Assembly: GCA_038208905.1 (NCBI GenBank)
Contig: JBBQYG010000008.1
Span: 1-47,235 of the forward strand
Source: Candidatus Sumerlaeia bacterium
GTDB taxonomy: Bacteria > Sumerlaeota > Sumerlaeia > SLMS01
DNA length: 47,235 bases
Direction of reading: 5' to 3'
Positions 8,195 through 16,756 of this stretch are shown piece after piece. Numbering within the stretch: position 1 is the first letter of the stretch; every line of letters begins with the position of its first letter. Position numbers and translations under genes: made by a program. The notes below the pieces were generated by a model. It was not told the DNA's origin, did not search any database, and saw only the letters and a list, made by a program, of their open reading frames with translations.

Positions 8195-9637
8195 ATGAGT
8201 CTACCCGTCAAAAAGTCCCTCTCCGGGCGCCGGGCCGTCGTGATTGGCGGTGGGATTGCGGGGCTTTCCGCAGGCATCTCCCTCGCCGCGCGTGGCGCCC
8301 GGGTCGTGATCGTGGAGGAGGACGCCGCGATCGGCCCCGGCCTTCAGCCCGCGACCCTTGGCGGGCGCCGATTCGACCCGTGGCCCCCGGCGATCAATTC
8401 CCCCCACCTTTTGGCGGAGTTGTTTGCCAGCGCCGACCAGCGGCTTACCGACTTCGTATCGATGACCCGGCTCGATCCGCTTTGCCGGTTCCTGCTGCCG
8501 GGGGGCACCACCGTGGATTTCCACAGCGACCCCGGGGCCTTTGCCGAGGAAGTCGCCAAGGTGGACGCGCGCGACGCCCGCGAAATCCCACGTTTCCTCG
8601 CGCACTGCCTCCGCCTTCACGAGAGCGCCGAGGCGCGCAAGCGTGGCCAGATCCTCCAGCTTCCGTGGCTGGAACTTCTCCATCCGCGCGCCGCGCGCGC
8701 ACGTATCGACGCGCGATTCCGTCACCCCGACGTGCGCGGGATGTTCAAGAGCCTTCGCGTACTTAGCCACGTGAATCCCTTCACCGCGCGAAGCCCCAGC
8801 AATGCGCAATTCGGCGAATTTGGCGGCCACGGCTCCTGGGTCATGGAAGGCCGCACGGAGTCGCTGAGGAAGGCACTCATGCGGCTTTGCCAGATTCTTG
8901 GGGTGCGAATGGTGCGTCGCGCCCGTGTCGAGCGCATCGAACTCCACAACGGCGCCGTCCGCCGCCTCGCGGGGCCGGGGCTGAAGGACATGGCCGCCAG
9001 CATCGTCGTCAGTACGGTGCCGCCGGCCGCGACCATCGAGCGATTCCTTCCCGCCAATGACGACATGAAGCGCGTGGCGGCGCGGATGCCCGCGCTCCAG
9101 CCGCGGCAGCACCGCATGGAGCTGCGCGCGATCTGCTCGCGGAGTTGGGAGGCGCTTCGCCCCATCACGATCCTCCCGAGCGCCGACGCGCGGGAGGAAT
9201 CCCGCCACATCGACCGCTGGCGCGTGGCCGCCGCATCGCCCTCCATCGCCATCGCCCACGCGGCGGAGGAGGGTGGATGCTCCATCGCCTGCCACACCCT
9301 CGCGCCCGCGCCGTCGCGCCGCTATAACTGGACCCCCGCCCACTGTCAGGAGCAGGAGGACCACATCGCACAGCGCCTGGAGGACTCGGGCATCGCCCAA
9401 TTCTCCCTTTCGGTTCTCGATCAACAGCTCATTCCCCCAACCGCTCCCGCCGCCGAACCCCGCGCCCGGCACCGGTTCACCGACCGCGCCACAGCTCGCT
9501 TGCGTCCTCTCTCTCCCCGTGTCAGTGAAGTGCCCGGTTTATATCTGGCGTGCTGTTCCGAGAGCGGCGTTTCCAGCATCGGCGCGGCCACCCTCGCGGG
9601 AATGCTCGCGGCGGTCTGCGCCGCCGAGGACGCCTGA
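8195..9637 (+). CDS. FAD-dependent oxidoreductase, divergent phytoene desaturase (CrtI)-like
   Basis: VVIGGGIAGLSAG dinucleotide motif, G.RFD.P segment, RLDPLCRF, C-terminal VPGLYL..AGMLAA. ATG at 8195 preferred over TTG 8156. Confidence 0.65.
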   Translation: MSLPVKKSLSGRRAVVIGGGIAGLSAGISLAARGARVVIVEEDAAIGPGLQPATLGGRRFDPWPPAINSPHLLAELFASADQRLTDFVSMTRLDPLCRFLLPGGTTVDFHSDPGAFAEEVAKVDARDAREIPRFLAHCLRLHESAEARKRGQILQLPWLELLHPRAARARIDARFRHPDVRGMFKSLRVLSHVNPFTARSPSNAQFGEFGGHGSWVMEGRTESLRKALMRLCQILGVRMVRRARVERIELHNGAVRRLAGPGLKDMAASIVVSTVPPAATIERFLPANDDMKRVAARMPALQPRQHRMELRAICSRSWEALRPITILPSADAREESRHIDRWRVAAASPSIAIAHAAEEGGCSIACHTLAPAPSRRYNWTPAHCQEQEDHIAQRLEDSGIAQFSLSVLDQQLIPPTAPAAEPRARHRFTDRATARLRPLSPRVSEVPGLYLACCSESGVSSIGAATLAGMLAAVCAAEDA

Positions 9638-9663
9638 GCCACATTTCACGGGGAGGCAGGGTC

Positions 9664-11211
9664 ATGATCAGGAATGCGAGTGTCATTGCCATCGCGGCGA
9701 TGATGACAGCGTGTGCCCACCACGACGCTGGGCGCGGGACCACGGATAGGACACCTCCGCCAACCCTCGAAGTCCAGCCAGCGGGTGAAGGGGCCATGGC
9801 GACCGCCAGCATCCCGCACTTCACAGAGGGCACTGGGACACTCGAATGTCGCTGGCGCGTGAACGGGCGGGAGATCGACAGCGTCACCATGATTGATCGC
9901 TCCGACCCGCAAGCGGGCGAGGCCCACCTCGAGTTCCCCACTCACGCAGGCGAAAACACCGTCACGCTCGACCTCCGCGCCGCGGATGGTTCGCATTCAA
10001 GTCTGACGCGGCTTCGCATTTTTGGTCAGGAGATGACGGGCACTCCGCCCATCATCGACGGCAACACGGAGGACTGGAACGATCCCGACACGGTGACAAT
10101 GTGGCCATTCAAGAATGCACTTCATGGCACAACGGGGGGCGGCGAGGCGGTCGCCATGGCGAAGTGGACGCCCACGCACTGGTACCTTGGCTTCCGCGTG
10201 CTGGACACCGAGTTCGAGCAGCATGGCATCATTTCGGTCGCGGGTCCGGCGAGCGTCACGGTGTGGCACGCGGCAAAAGCTGATGGCAGCAAGGGCCTGT
10301 TTGGGAAGGTCGCCGCGACGGGGAAGGAACTCCCCCTCGAGATCGCCGAGTCGCGCGATGGCGATTGGTACTTTGTGGAAATGGCCATTCCCATCGCGGA
10401 TATCGGTTTCGAGCCCGAGGTGGGCAAACTGTGGGTGTTTGACATGCTGGTGACCACCAGCGGGGGATTGCGGCTCGGCTATTCGGAGGGCACGCAGGGC
10501 GGCTTGCTCGACAGCCAATGCACCCCACCAACTCCTCGCGGCACCTATTTCCAGATTCTCGCCGATCCCGCCGACACCCCGCGCCCCAAGCGCATCCAGC
10601 TTTCCGGCGGCGCCACACCGCTCAAGATCAGCGAAACCCCGACCCAGGATGCCGCCTACCTGACGCCGCTCCCCGTGGAGCATCCCGAAGCCGCCGCCCA
10701 CCTGCCGGAGTGGCTCGTGCTCGGCATTCCCTTTGTGGGAGAGTTTGGCATCGGCAACGGCTATGGATACGAGAGCGGCATCTGGACGCACCAGACCGTG
10801 GCCAACCGCTTCAGCGCCAACGATTTTTTCTGTCTCGACATCGGTATGCCCACGGGAACCCCCGTTGTCGCCACGGCGGACGGGCGCGTGATCCAGTCGG
10901 GGCGGCGCGGCGATTCCTATGGCAACTATGTGGTGGTCGATCACGGCCGTGGATATACATCTGTCTATGCGCATCTCGATAGCCTGACGCATCGAATCGA
11001 GAAGGGCGAACCGGAGTTCCACGTGAAGCGCGGCGAATTGCTCGGCCTCTCCGGCAACACGGGGACCCAGGCGCCGCACCTTCATTTCGGCGTCCACAAG
11101 GACAGCCGCATCAGCCATAGCGGCGCCGACATTGGTGGGCAGGCGGTGGTGCCTGAACCGTTTGGTGGCTACTACGGAATTCGCAAGGGACACCGCTTCA
11201 CGGGGCCGTGA
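9664..11211 (+). CDS. Lipoprotein with CBM9/DOMON-like sugar-binding domain and C-terminal M23 metallopeptidase
   Basis: GGGAGG RBS before ATG 9664; lipobox-like MMTAC; PIIDGNTEDW..WYFVEMAIP (CBM9-like); LDIGMPTGTPVVATADG, YGNYVVVDH, YAHL and GNTG..PHLHF (M23). Confidence 0.8.
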   Translation: MIRNASVIAIAAMMTACAHHDAGRGTTDRTPPPTLEVQPAGEGAMATASIPHFTEGTGTLECRWRVNGREIDSVTMIDRSDPQAGEAHLEFPTHAGENTVTLDLRAADGSHSSLTRLRIFGQEMTGTPPIIDGNTEDWNDPDTVTMWPFKNALHGTTGGGEAVAMAKWTPTHWYLGFRVLDTEFEQHGIISVAGPASVTVWHAAKADGSKGLFGKVAATGKELPLEIAESRDGDWYFVEMAIPIADIGFEPEVGKLWVFDMLVTTSGGLRLGYSEGTQGGLLDSQCTPPTPRGTYFQILADPADTPRPKRIQLSGGATPLKISETPTQDAAYLTPLPVEHPEAAAHLPEWLVLGIPFVGEFGIGNGYGYESGIWTHQTVANRFSANDFFCLDIGMPTGTPVVATADGRVIQSGRRGDSYGNYVVVDHGRGYTSVYAHLDSLTHRIEKGEPEFHVKRGELLGLSGNTGTQAPHLHFGVHKDSRISHSGADIGGQAVVPEPFGGYYGIRKGHRFTGP

Positions 11212-11217
11212 TCGCGA

Positions 11218-12564
11218 CTATTTCTTCCCTGCTGTCCTGAGCACGCGATCAACATCGCGCTGGAGTATGGCCTTGAATTCCATCACCGCCTCCTTCGCGG
11301 GACGCTGACCGCTGAGGACCTGTTCCTCCAGGCGGGACATCTGGTCGGCCATCGTCTGGAACATCGGCATCTCGGGTGGCGCGAGGAGGTTGGGGCTCTC
11401 CGCCAGCGAGATCGTAAACTTCCAGAAGGGCGTGTCGTACTCCTCGAACCCATACATCGCGCGAAGGGGCGGGGGATTGTTGGCAGTATCGAGGTTGATG
11501 CGAAACCTGCGAACCTGTTCCGGCGCGCAGATGTAGCGCAGGAACGCCCACGCCTCGGGCTTGTTGCGGCAGGCCTCGGGAATCACGAAGAAGCTCCCGT
11601 CCACATACGTCGCGTTCTCGCGTCCGCCCGGCGGAACGGGTAGCGGCATCCATCCCCACTCGAAATCGGTCGGCGCATACTGGCGCAGGATGCTGGCATA
11701 CCAATCGCCCACGCGCTGCATCGCGATCTTGCCGGTGATGAAGGGATTGTTGGGAGACAGCATGTTCCCAAATCCCGAGGAGAACGCGCGCTGCTGTTGC
11801 AACCCGGTCTTGTCCACATTGTGCTTCATCCATTCAAGGCACGCGACCAGGCGCTCTGGATTCGGCAACACTTCCTGCTTCTCCGCGTCCCAGTAGTTCA
11901 CGCCGAAGGGAATCGCGAGGAAGAACAGATTGTCGGCGAAGGAGAACCCCATCCGCTCCAGCCCCTTGGCGGGATCGCCATCGCGATAGCGCGTCGTCGC
12001 CTCCACGGCGGCCTCGAATTCCTCCGTCGTGCGCGGGGGATTCTCCGGGTCGAGGCCCGCCTCGCGGAATACTTGCTTGTTGTAGGCCACGAAGTTCGTG
12101 GAAATGCCCATCGAGAGCGCATAGACGCGGCCATCGTACTCGAAGATGTCCCACAACCCCTTCGGATAGAGATCCTTTGTCATTCCCGACTCGGCAAGGA
12201 ATCCGTCGAGCGGCGCCAGCGCCCCGCGGATTGCATAGTCCGCCACCTCGGGCGCCCACACCGTGGCGCACACATCGGGCGTGTCGCGACCGGCGAAGGC
12301 GATCTTGAGCTTCTCATAGGAACCCGCGATCGACACCATCTTGACGAACACATCGGGATTCGCCGCGTTGTACTCGTCCACCAGGGCCTGCATCACCTTC
12401 GCCTCGTCGCCCGCCCATCCCATCCAGAAGGTAATCTCCGTCTTTCCATCGATGCGCACGTCCCGCCATCCGGCGATCCAGAAGATCAGGCCAATCGCGA
12501 CCGCGATCGCGGCGACTGCCGGCAGGTTGCGCTTCAGCGCGGATTCCACTCGCGGGGTCGTCAT
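11218..12564 (-). CDS. Carbohydrate ABC transporter substrate-binding protein (family 1)
   Basis: ITFW, YNAANP, YNKQVFREAGLDP..PPRT, FITGKIAM, EAWAFLRY; N-terminal hydrophobic anchor; follows two permeases. Confidence 0.9.
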   Translation of the reverse strand: MTTPRVESALKRNLPAVAAIAVAIGLIFWIAGWRDVRIDGKTEITFWMGWAGDEAKVMQALVDEYNAANPDVFVKMVSIAGSYEKLKIAFAGRDTPDVCATVWAPEVADYAIRGALAPLDGFLAESGMTKDLYPKGLWDIFEYDGRVYALSMGISTNFVAYNKQVFREAGLDPENPPRTTEEFEAAVEATTRYRDGDPAKGLERMGFSFADNLFFLAIPFGVNYWDAEKQEVLPNPERLVACLEWMKHNVDKTGLQQQRAFSSGFGNMLSPNNPFITGKIAMQRVGDWYASILRQYAPTDFEWGWMPLPVPPGGRENATYVDGSFFVIPEACRNKPEAWAFLRYICAPEQVRRFRINLDTANNPPPLRAMYGFEEYDTPFWKFTISLAESPNLLAPPEMPMFQTMADQMSRLEEQVLSGQRPAKEAVMEFKAILQRDVDRVLRTAGKK

Positions 12565-12570
12565 CGCGCG

Positions 12571-13410
12571 TCAGCCCTTGATTCCCGTCAGGGCGATGCC
12601 CTCGACGAAGGTCTTTTGCAGGAAGAAGAACAGCAGGACAATTGGCAGGATCATCAGCGTACTCGCCGCCATCAGCAAATCCCACCGCGCCGTGTTCTGG
12701 CCAAGGAACTGTTGGAGCCCCACCGACAGGGTGTACTTGTCATTGTCGTTCAGGTAGATCAGCGGCGCCAGAAAGTCGTTCCAGAATCCCGTGAAAGCGA
12801 AGAACGCCACCACGCACAGCGCGGGCCGCGTGAGCGGCAACGCCACGCGCAGATAGATGTCGAAGTGCGAGCAGCCGTCGATCTTCGCCGCGTCCACAAG
12901 GTCCTTTGGCAGCGTGCGGAAGAACTGCCTCAGCAGGAAGATGTAGAACGCCGACCCGAAGAACCACGGCACGATCAGCGGGCGGAACGTGCCCACCCAG
13001 TCAAGTTTCTGGAACACCACGAACAGCGGGATGAGCGTCACCTGGGGCGGCAGCATCATCGTTGCCAGCATCACTAGGAAGAGCGCGTTGGATCCCCTCC
13101 ACCGCACCATCGAGAAACCATACGCCACCAGCGAGCAGGAAAGCAGAATGCCAAATGTCCCCGCCGCCGCGACGAAAACCGTGTTGAGCGTGTAGAGCAG
13201 GAACGGAATCGCCTGAATCGCCTCCAGATAATTCCCCCATGTCGGAGGCTTGGGGATCAGGCTGGTGGGCTCTTGGAAAATCTGGGTCGCGGGCTTGAGC
13301 GACGTGATGACGAGCCACGCGAAGGGAAACGCAAACAGCGCGGCCACCACAATCAATCCGCCGTGGGAAGCCGCCGCCTTCAGCGGCGTGTCGCGTGTCG
13401 TGTGGGCCAT
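12571..13410 (-). CDS. Carbohydrate ABC transporter permease (MalG-like)
   Basis: EAA loop LPKDLVDAAKIDGCS, WNDFLAPLIYL, FFFLQKTFVEG. Confidence 0.93.
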   Translation of the reverse strand: MAHTTRDTPLKAAASHGGLIVVAALFAFPFAWLVITSLKPATQIFQEPTSLIPKPPTWGNYLEAIQAIPFLLYTLNTVFVAAAGTFGILLSCSLVAYGFSMVRWRGSNALFLVMLATMMLPPQVTLIPLFVVFQKLDWVGTFRPLIVPWFFGSAFYIFLLRQFFRTLPKDLVDAAKIDGCSHFDIYLRVALPLTRPALCVVAFFAFTGFWNDFLAPLIYLNDNDKYTLSVGLQQFLGQNTARWDLLMAASTLMILPIVLLFFFLQKTFVEGIALTGIKG

Positions 13411-13414
13411 CGTT

Positions 13415-14359
13415 TCAGCCCCCCTCGTAATAGATGCGGCGGGCGCTCATGCGAAACACCAGAAAGCTAAGCCCGAGCGTCAGGAAGAACAGCACCCACG
13501 CCAACGCCGAACCATAGCCCATGCGCCAATTGCTGAACGCCGATTGATACAGATAGAGCACATAGAAAAGAGTCGAATCCTGTGGCCCGCCCGCAACGCG
13601 GGAACCGCTGGATACCGAGATCACATAGGCTTGGGTGAAATACTGCGTCCCGTTGATGATGCCCATCATCAAATTGAAGAAGATCACGGGGCTAATCATC
13701 GGCAACGTCACGGTGAACTGCTTCTGCAGCCATCCCGCGCCGTCAATTTCCGCAGCCTCGTAAAGCGACACGGAAACATCCTGAAGCGCCGCCAGAAAGA
13801 TCAGCATCGTGCTTCCCGCCGTCCACATTCCCATCACGATCAAGCCCGGCTTGGACCACCACGGGTCGGAAAACCATCCCGGCAGCGGCAGCCCGACCGT
13901 GCCGCCGCTTATGCCGCCAAGCAGCACATTGATCCCGCGGATGCCGTGGTTGATCAGGCCGACCTCGGGATTGAACAGCCACACCCATAGCACCGACATC
14001 GCCACCACCGGGGTCAGACAGGGGAGATAGATCAGCGTCCGGTATACGCCGATTCCGCGCCGCTTCTGATTCAGGAGAAACGCCAGCATCAGGCTGAACA
14101 GCAGGGTGATTGGCACCCCCAGGAACGTGATGTAGAACGTGTTCCACAGGCTCCGCCAAAAAAGCGGATCCTTCCCCAGCTCCACATAGTTCGCCGCGCC
14201 TATGAACACTGGAGTCGTCAGGCCGTCGTAGTCGCAGAAGCTCAGGTACAGCGAGTACAGCACCGGAATCAGCGTCCACGCCAGAAAGCCAACGATCCAC
14301 GGCGAGACGAAGAGCAGTCCCGTGGCGTACTCGTTGTCGGCCTTCTCTCGCAGCGCCAT
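13415..14359 (-). CDS. Carbohydrate ABC transporter permease (MalF/UgpA-like)
   Basis: FVSPWIVGF, FIGAANY, LYEAAEIDGAG, MGYGSA. ATG 14359 with upstream GAGGA preferred over the longer ORF. Confidence 0.92.
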   Translation of the reverse strand: MALREKADNEYATGLLFVSPWIVGFLAWTLIPVLYSLYLSFCDYDGLTTPVFIGAANYVELGKDPLFWRSLWNTFYITFLGVPITLLFSLMLAFLLNQKRRGIGVYRTLIYLPCLTPVVAMSVLWVWLFNPEVGLINHGIRGINVLLGGISGGTVGLPLPGWFSDPWWSKPGLIVMGMWTAGSTMLIFLAALQDVSVSLYEAAEIDGAGWLQKQFTVTLPMISPVIFFNLMMGIINGTQYFTQAYVISVSSGSRVAGGPQDSTLFYVLYLYQSAFSNWRMGYGSALAWVLFFLTLGLSFLVFRMSARRIYYEGG

Positions 14360-14513
14360 GCAGTGTCGGACTTCCTCGGCGGGTGATTGTAGAGAAGAAA
14401 CACGCGCTTTTCGGCGAAGCCGCAAGGGGTTTGACCGCCCGCCTCCCTCATTGACCCGGCAGAGTCGGCCCGGTCCCCTTCTCTTATCGCCATCACAGAC
14501 GGGGCACGCCCAC

Positions 14514-15998
14514 ATGACGCCGTTTCAGAAGCTCGAAGAGTCCTATGCCGAAGTCGCCGATCTTGCCCATTCGATCTCTCTGCTGTCCTGGGACCAGCAG
14601 ACCCAGATGCCGCCCCGCGGTGCCGAGGCCCGCGGCAACCAGATCGCCACGCTGGAGGGCATCCTCCACGAGCGCCTGACCGCTCCCGCGCTCGGGGATC
14701 TGCTCGATCAGGCCAATTCCGCGCCCGACCAGACCGACCGCCAGCGCGCGTGGCTCCGCGAGTTCGAGTTTTCGCGCGCGCGCAAGATGACCCTGCCCGG
14801 GTCGCTCGTGAAGGAACTCGCCCTCGAAACCAGCCGTGCCTTCGGTGTGTGGTCGCAGGCGCGAAAGAAGTCGGACTTCGCGCTCTTCGCTCCGAACCTC
14901 GGCCGCATCGTGGAACTGAAGAAGCAGGAGGCCGAGTGCTATGGCTACGAGAAGACGCCGTGGAACGCCCTCGTCCCCGACTACGAGCGCGGCCTGACGG
15001 CGGATAGCATCACGACGCTCTTCGCGCCTCTCCGCGATGCCACCACGCGGCTGCTTGATCGCATCCTCGGCAGCAAGCAGATCGATACCAGCTTCCTCAA
15101 CCAGAAGTGGGACACCGGCATCCAGCGCGAGTTCGGCCTGCGCGTGGCGCGCGATCTCGGGTATGACATGGCCTCGGGCCGCCAGGACATCGCCGCGCAT
15201 CCGTTCTGCACCACCATCGGCCACGGCGACGTGCGCATCACGACGCGCTATTCCGAGTCGCGGCTGCTCGACGCGCTGCTTGGCACGATCCACGAGGCCG
15301 GCCACGCGATGTATGAGCAGGGCTTGCCCGAGAGCGATGCGCGCTCGCCCCTCTTCGACGCGCCAGGCCTCGGCGTCCACGAGTCGCAATCGCGCTTCTG
15401 GGAAATCCGCATCGCCCATTCGCGCCCTTTCTGGAGCCACTATCTCCCCACGCTGAAGCAGTACTTCCCCGGCCAACTGGACGGCGTTGACGACGAGGCC
15501 TTCTATCGCGCCGCCAACAGGGTGGAGCCCACGCTCATCCGCGTGGAAGCCGACGAAGTCTGCTACAACCTGCACGTCATTATCCGCTTCGAGCTCGAAG
15601 TCCGCATCTTCAACGGCGAACTTTCCGTCGCCGATCTTCCCGCCGCGTGGAACGACCTCTACAAACGCTACCTCGGCATCGACGTTCCCAACGACGCCCA
15701 GGGCTGCCTTCAGGATGTTCACTGGGCCTATGGATCGTTCGGATACTTCCCGACCTACACCGTCGGGAACATCTATTGCGCCATGCTCACCGAGAAGATG
15801 CAGGCCGACATTCCGACGATGTGGGACGACTGCGCCGCGGGGCGTTTCGACGCGATCCTCGGCTGGCTGCGCCAGAATATCCACCGCCACGGCAAACGTT
15901 TCGGCGCGGTGGAATTGATCGAACAGGCCACCGGACACAAGGTCTCCTGCGACGCGCTGATCCGGCATCTGGAAGGGAAGTATAGCGAGATTTATTGA
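14514..15998 (+). CDS. Carboxypeptidase, M32 (Taq) family
   Basis: WDQQT.MP, HPF, DVRITTRY, HEAGH zinc motif, HESQS, IRVEADE, GCLQDVHW, GYFPTY. ATG 14514. Confidence 0.95.
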   Translation: MTPFQKLEESYAEVADLAHSISLLSWDQQTQMPPRGAEARGNQIATLEGILHERLTAPALGDLLDQANSAPDQTDRQRAWLREFEFSRARKMTLPGSLVKELALETSRAFGVWSQARKKSDFALFAPNLGRIVELKKQEAECYGYEKTPWNALVPDYERGLTADSITTLFAPLRDATTRLLDRILGSKQIDTSFLNQKWDTGIQREFGLRVARDLGYDMASGRQDIAAHPFCTTIGHGDVRITTRYSESRLLDALLGTIHEAGHAMYEQGLPESDARSPLFDAPGLGVHESQSRFWEIRIAHSRPFWSHYLPTLKQYFPGQLDGVDDEAFYRAANRVEPTLIRVEADEVCYNLHVIIRFELEVRIFNGELSVADLPAAWNDLYKRYLGIDVPNDAQGCLQDVHWAYGSFGYFPTYTVGNIYCAMLTEKMQADIPTMWDDCAAGRFDAILGWLRQNIHRHGKRFGAVELIEQATGHKVSCDALIRHLEGKYSEIY

Positions 15999-16001
15999 GG
16001 T

Positions 16002-16112
16002 CAGGGTAAGGCAGGGAACAGCAGAGAAAGGCAGGGAACAGCGGGAAAGGCGGAAATGGACAATGATGGAAGGAACGTCTCCTTCGTCCCTGCCGTCCCT
16101 TATGTCCTCTCC
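16002..16112. repeat. Short-period purine-rich/pyrimidine-rich repeat tract between convergent genes
   Basis: GCAGGGAACA/GCAGAGAAAG 10-nt units (16011-16049), then 9-nt GTCC/GTCT units (16077-16112). GGCAGGGA is complementary to TCCCTGCC. Confidence 0.55.
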
Positions 16113-16756
16113 ACAATCATCGCGCGCATTTCGCGCACCCGCTGGGCAATCTGGCCCCCAGAAACGATGGCACCGATCATGGCGATGAGGGCGTATGGGG
16201 CGGCGTCCTGCACGGCGGGAAGCCGTTCGCGATCAATGCCGCCGATCAGGACGAGTGGGCGGGGGTCGCCCTCCATGAGGCGCACCACTTCAGCGACAGC
16301 CTCAAGTCCCACCGTTGGATCCGCGTCGGCCTTCGTCGTGGTACCAAATACAGGACCGAAGGCGATGTAGTCCACGGGCTCGCCAAGGGCGCGTCGGAAC
16401 TGGTCAAGGTTGTGGGTCGAGAGACCAACGATCGGTTTCACTCCCATAATTCGGCGCGCTTTGATCGGCATCATGTCGCCCTGCCCGATGTGAACTCCAT
16501 CGGCGCCGATGCTGGCGGCAAGCTCCACGCGGTCGTTCACGATGAGCAACACGCCGCTCCGCCGGCAAATCGCGATGCACCGTTCCGTCGCCAGCGCAAA
16601 CTCCGCAGCGGTCATCGCCTTGTCGCGGATCTGGATCAGCCGCGCCCCGCCTTCCACCATGGCAGTGACCTGCTCCTCGTGCCGCATCCCCGACAGCCGC
16701 GCGTCGGTGATGCAGTAGAGGTCGGGGAAAGCGATGCGCTTACTCGCTGCGCGCAA
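16100..16756 (-). CDS. thiE: Thiamine-phosphate synthase
   Basis: LYCITD, IQIRDK, LIVNDR, DGVHIGQGD, GLSTH, GPVFGTTTK, IGGI. TTG 16756 preceded by GGAGGA. Confidence 0.9.
   Translation of the reverse strand: MRAASKRIAFPDLYCITDARLSGMRHEEQVTAMVEGGARLIQIRDKAMTAAEFALATERCIAICRRSGVLLIVNDRVELAASIGADGVHIGQGDMMPIKARRIMGVKPIVGLSTHNLDQFRRALGEPVDYIAFGPVFGTTTKADADPTVGLEAVAEVVRLMEGDPRPLVLIGGIDRERLPAVQDAAPYALIAMIGAIVSGGQIAQRVREMRAMIVERT

Noticed and set aside
16002..16112. CRISPR array or tRNA-integrated island
   Set aside because: The repeat units are 9-10 nt without unique spacers, no cas or integrase genes occur in the window, and I noticed no duplicated tRNA-Trp 3' end.
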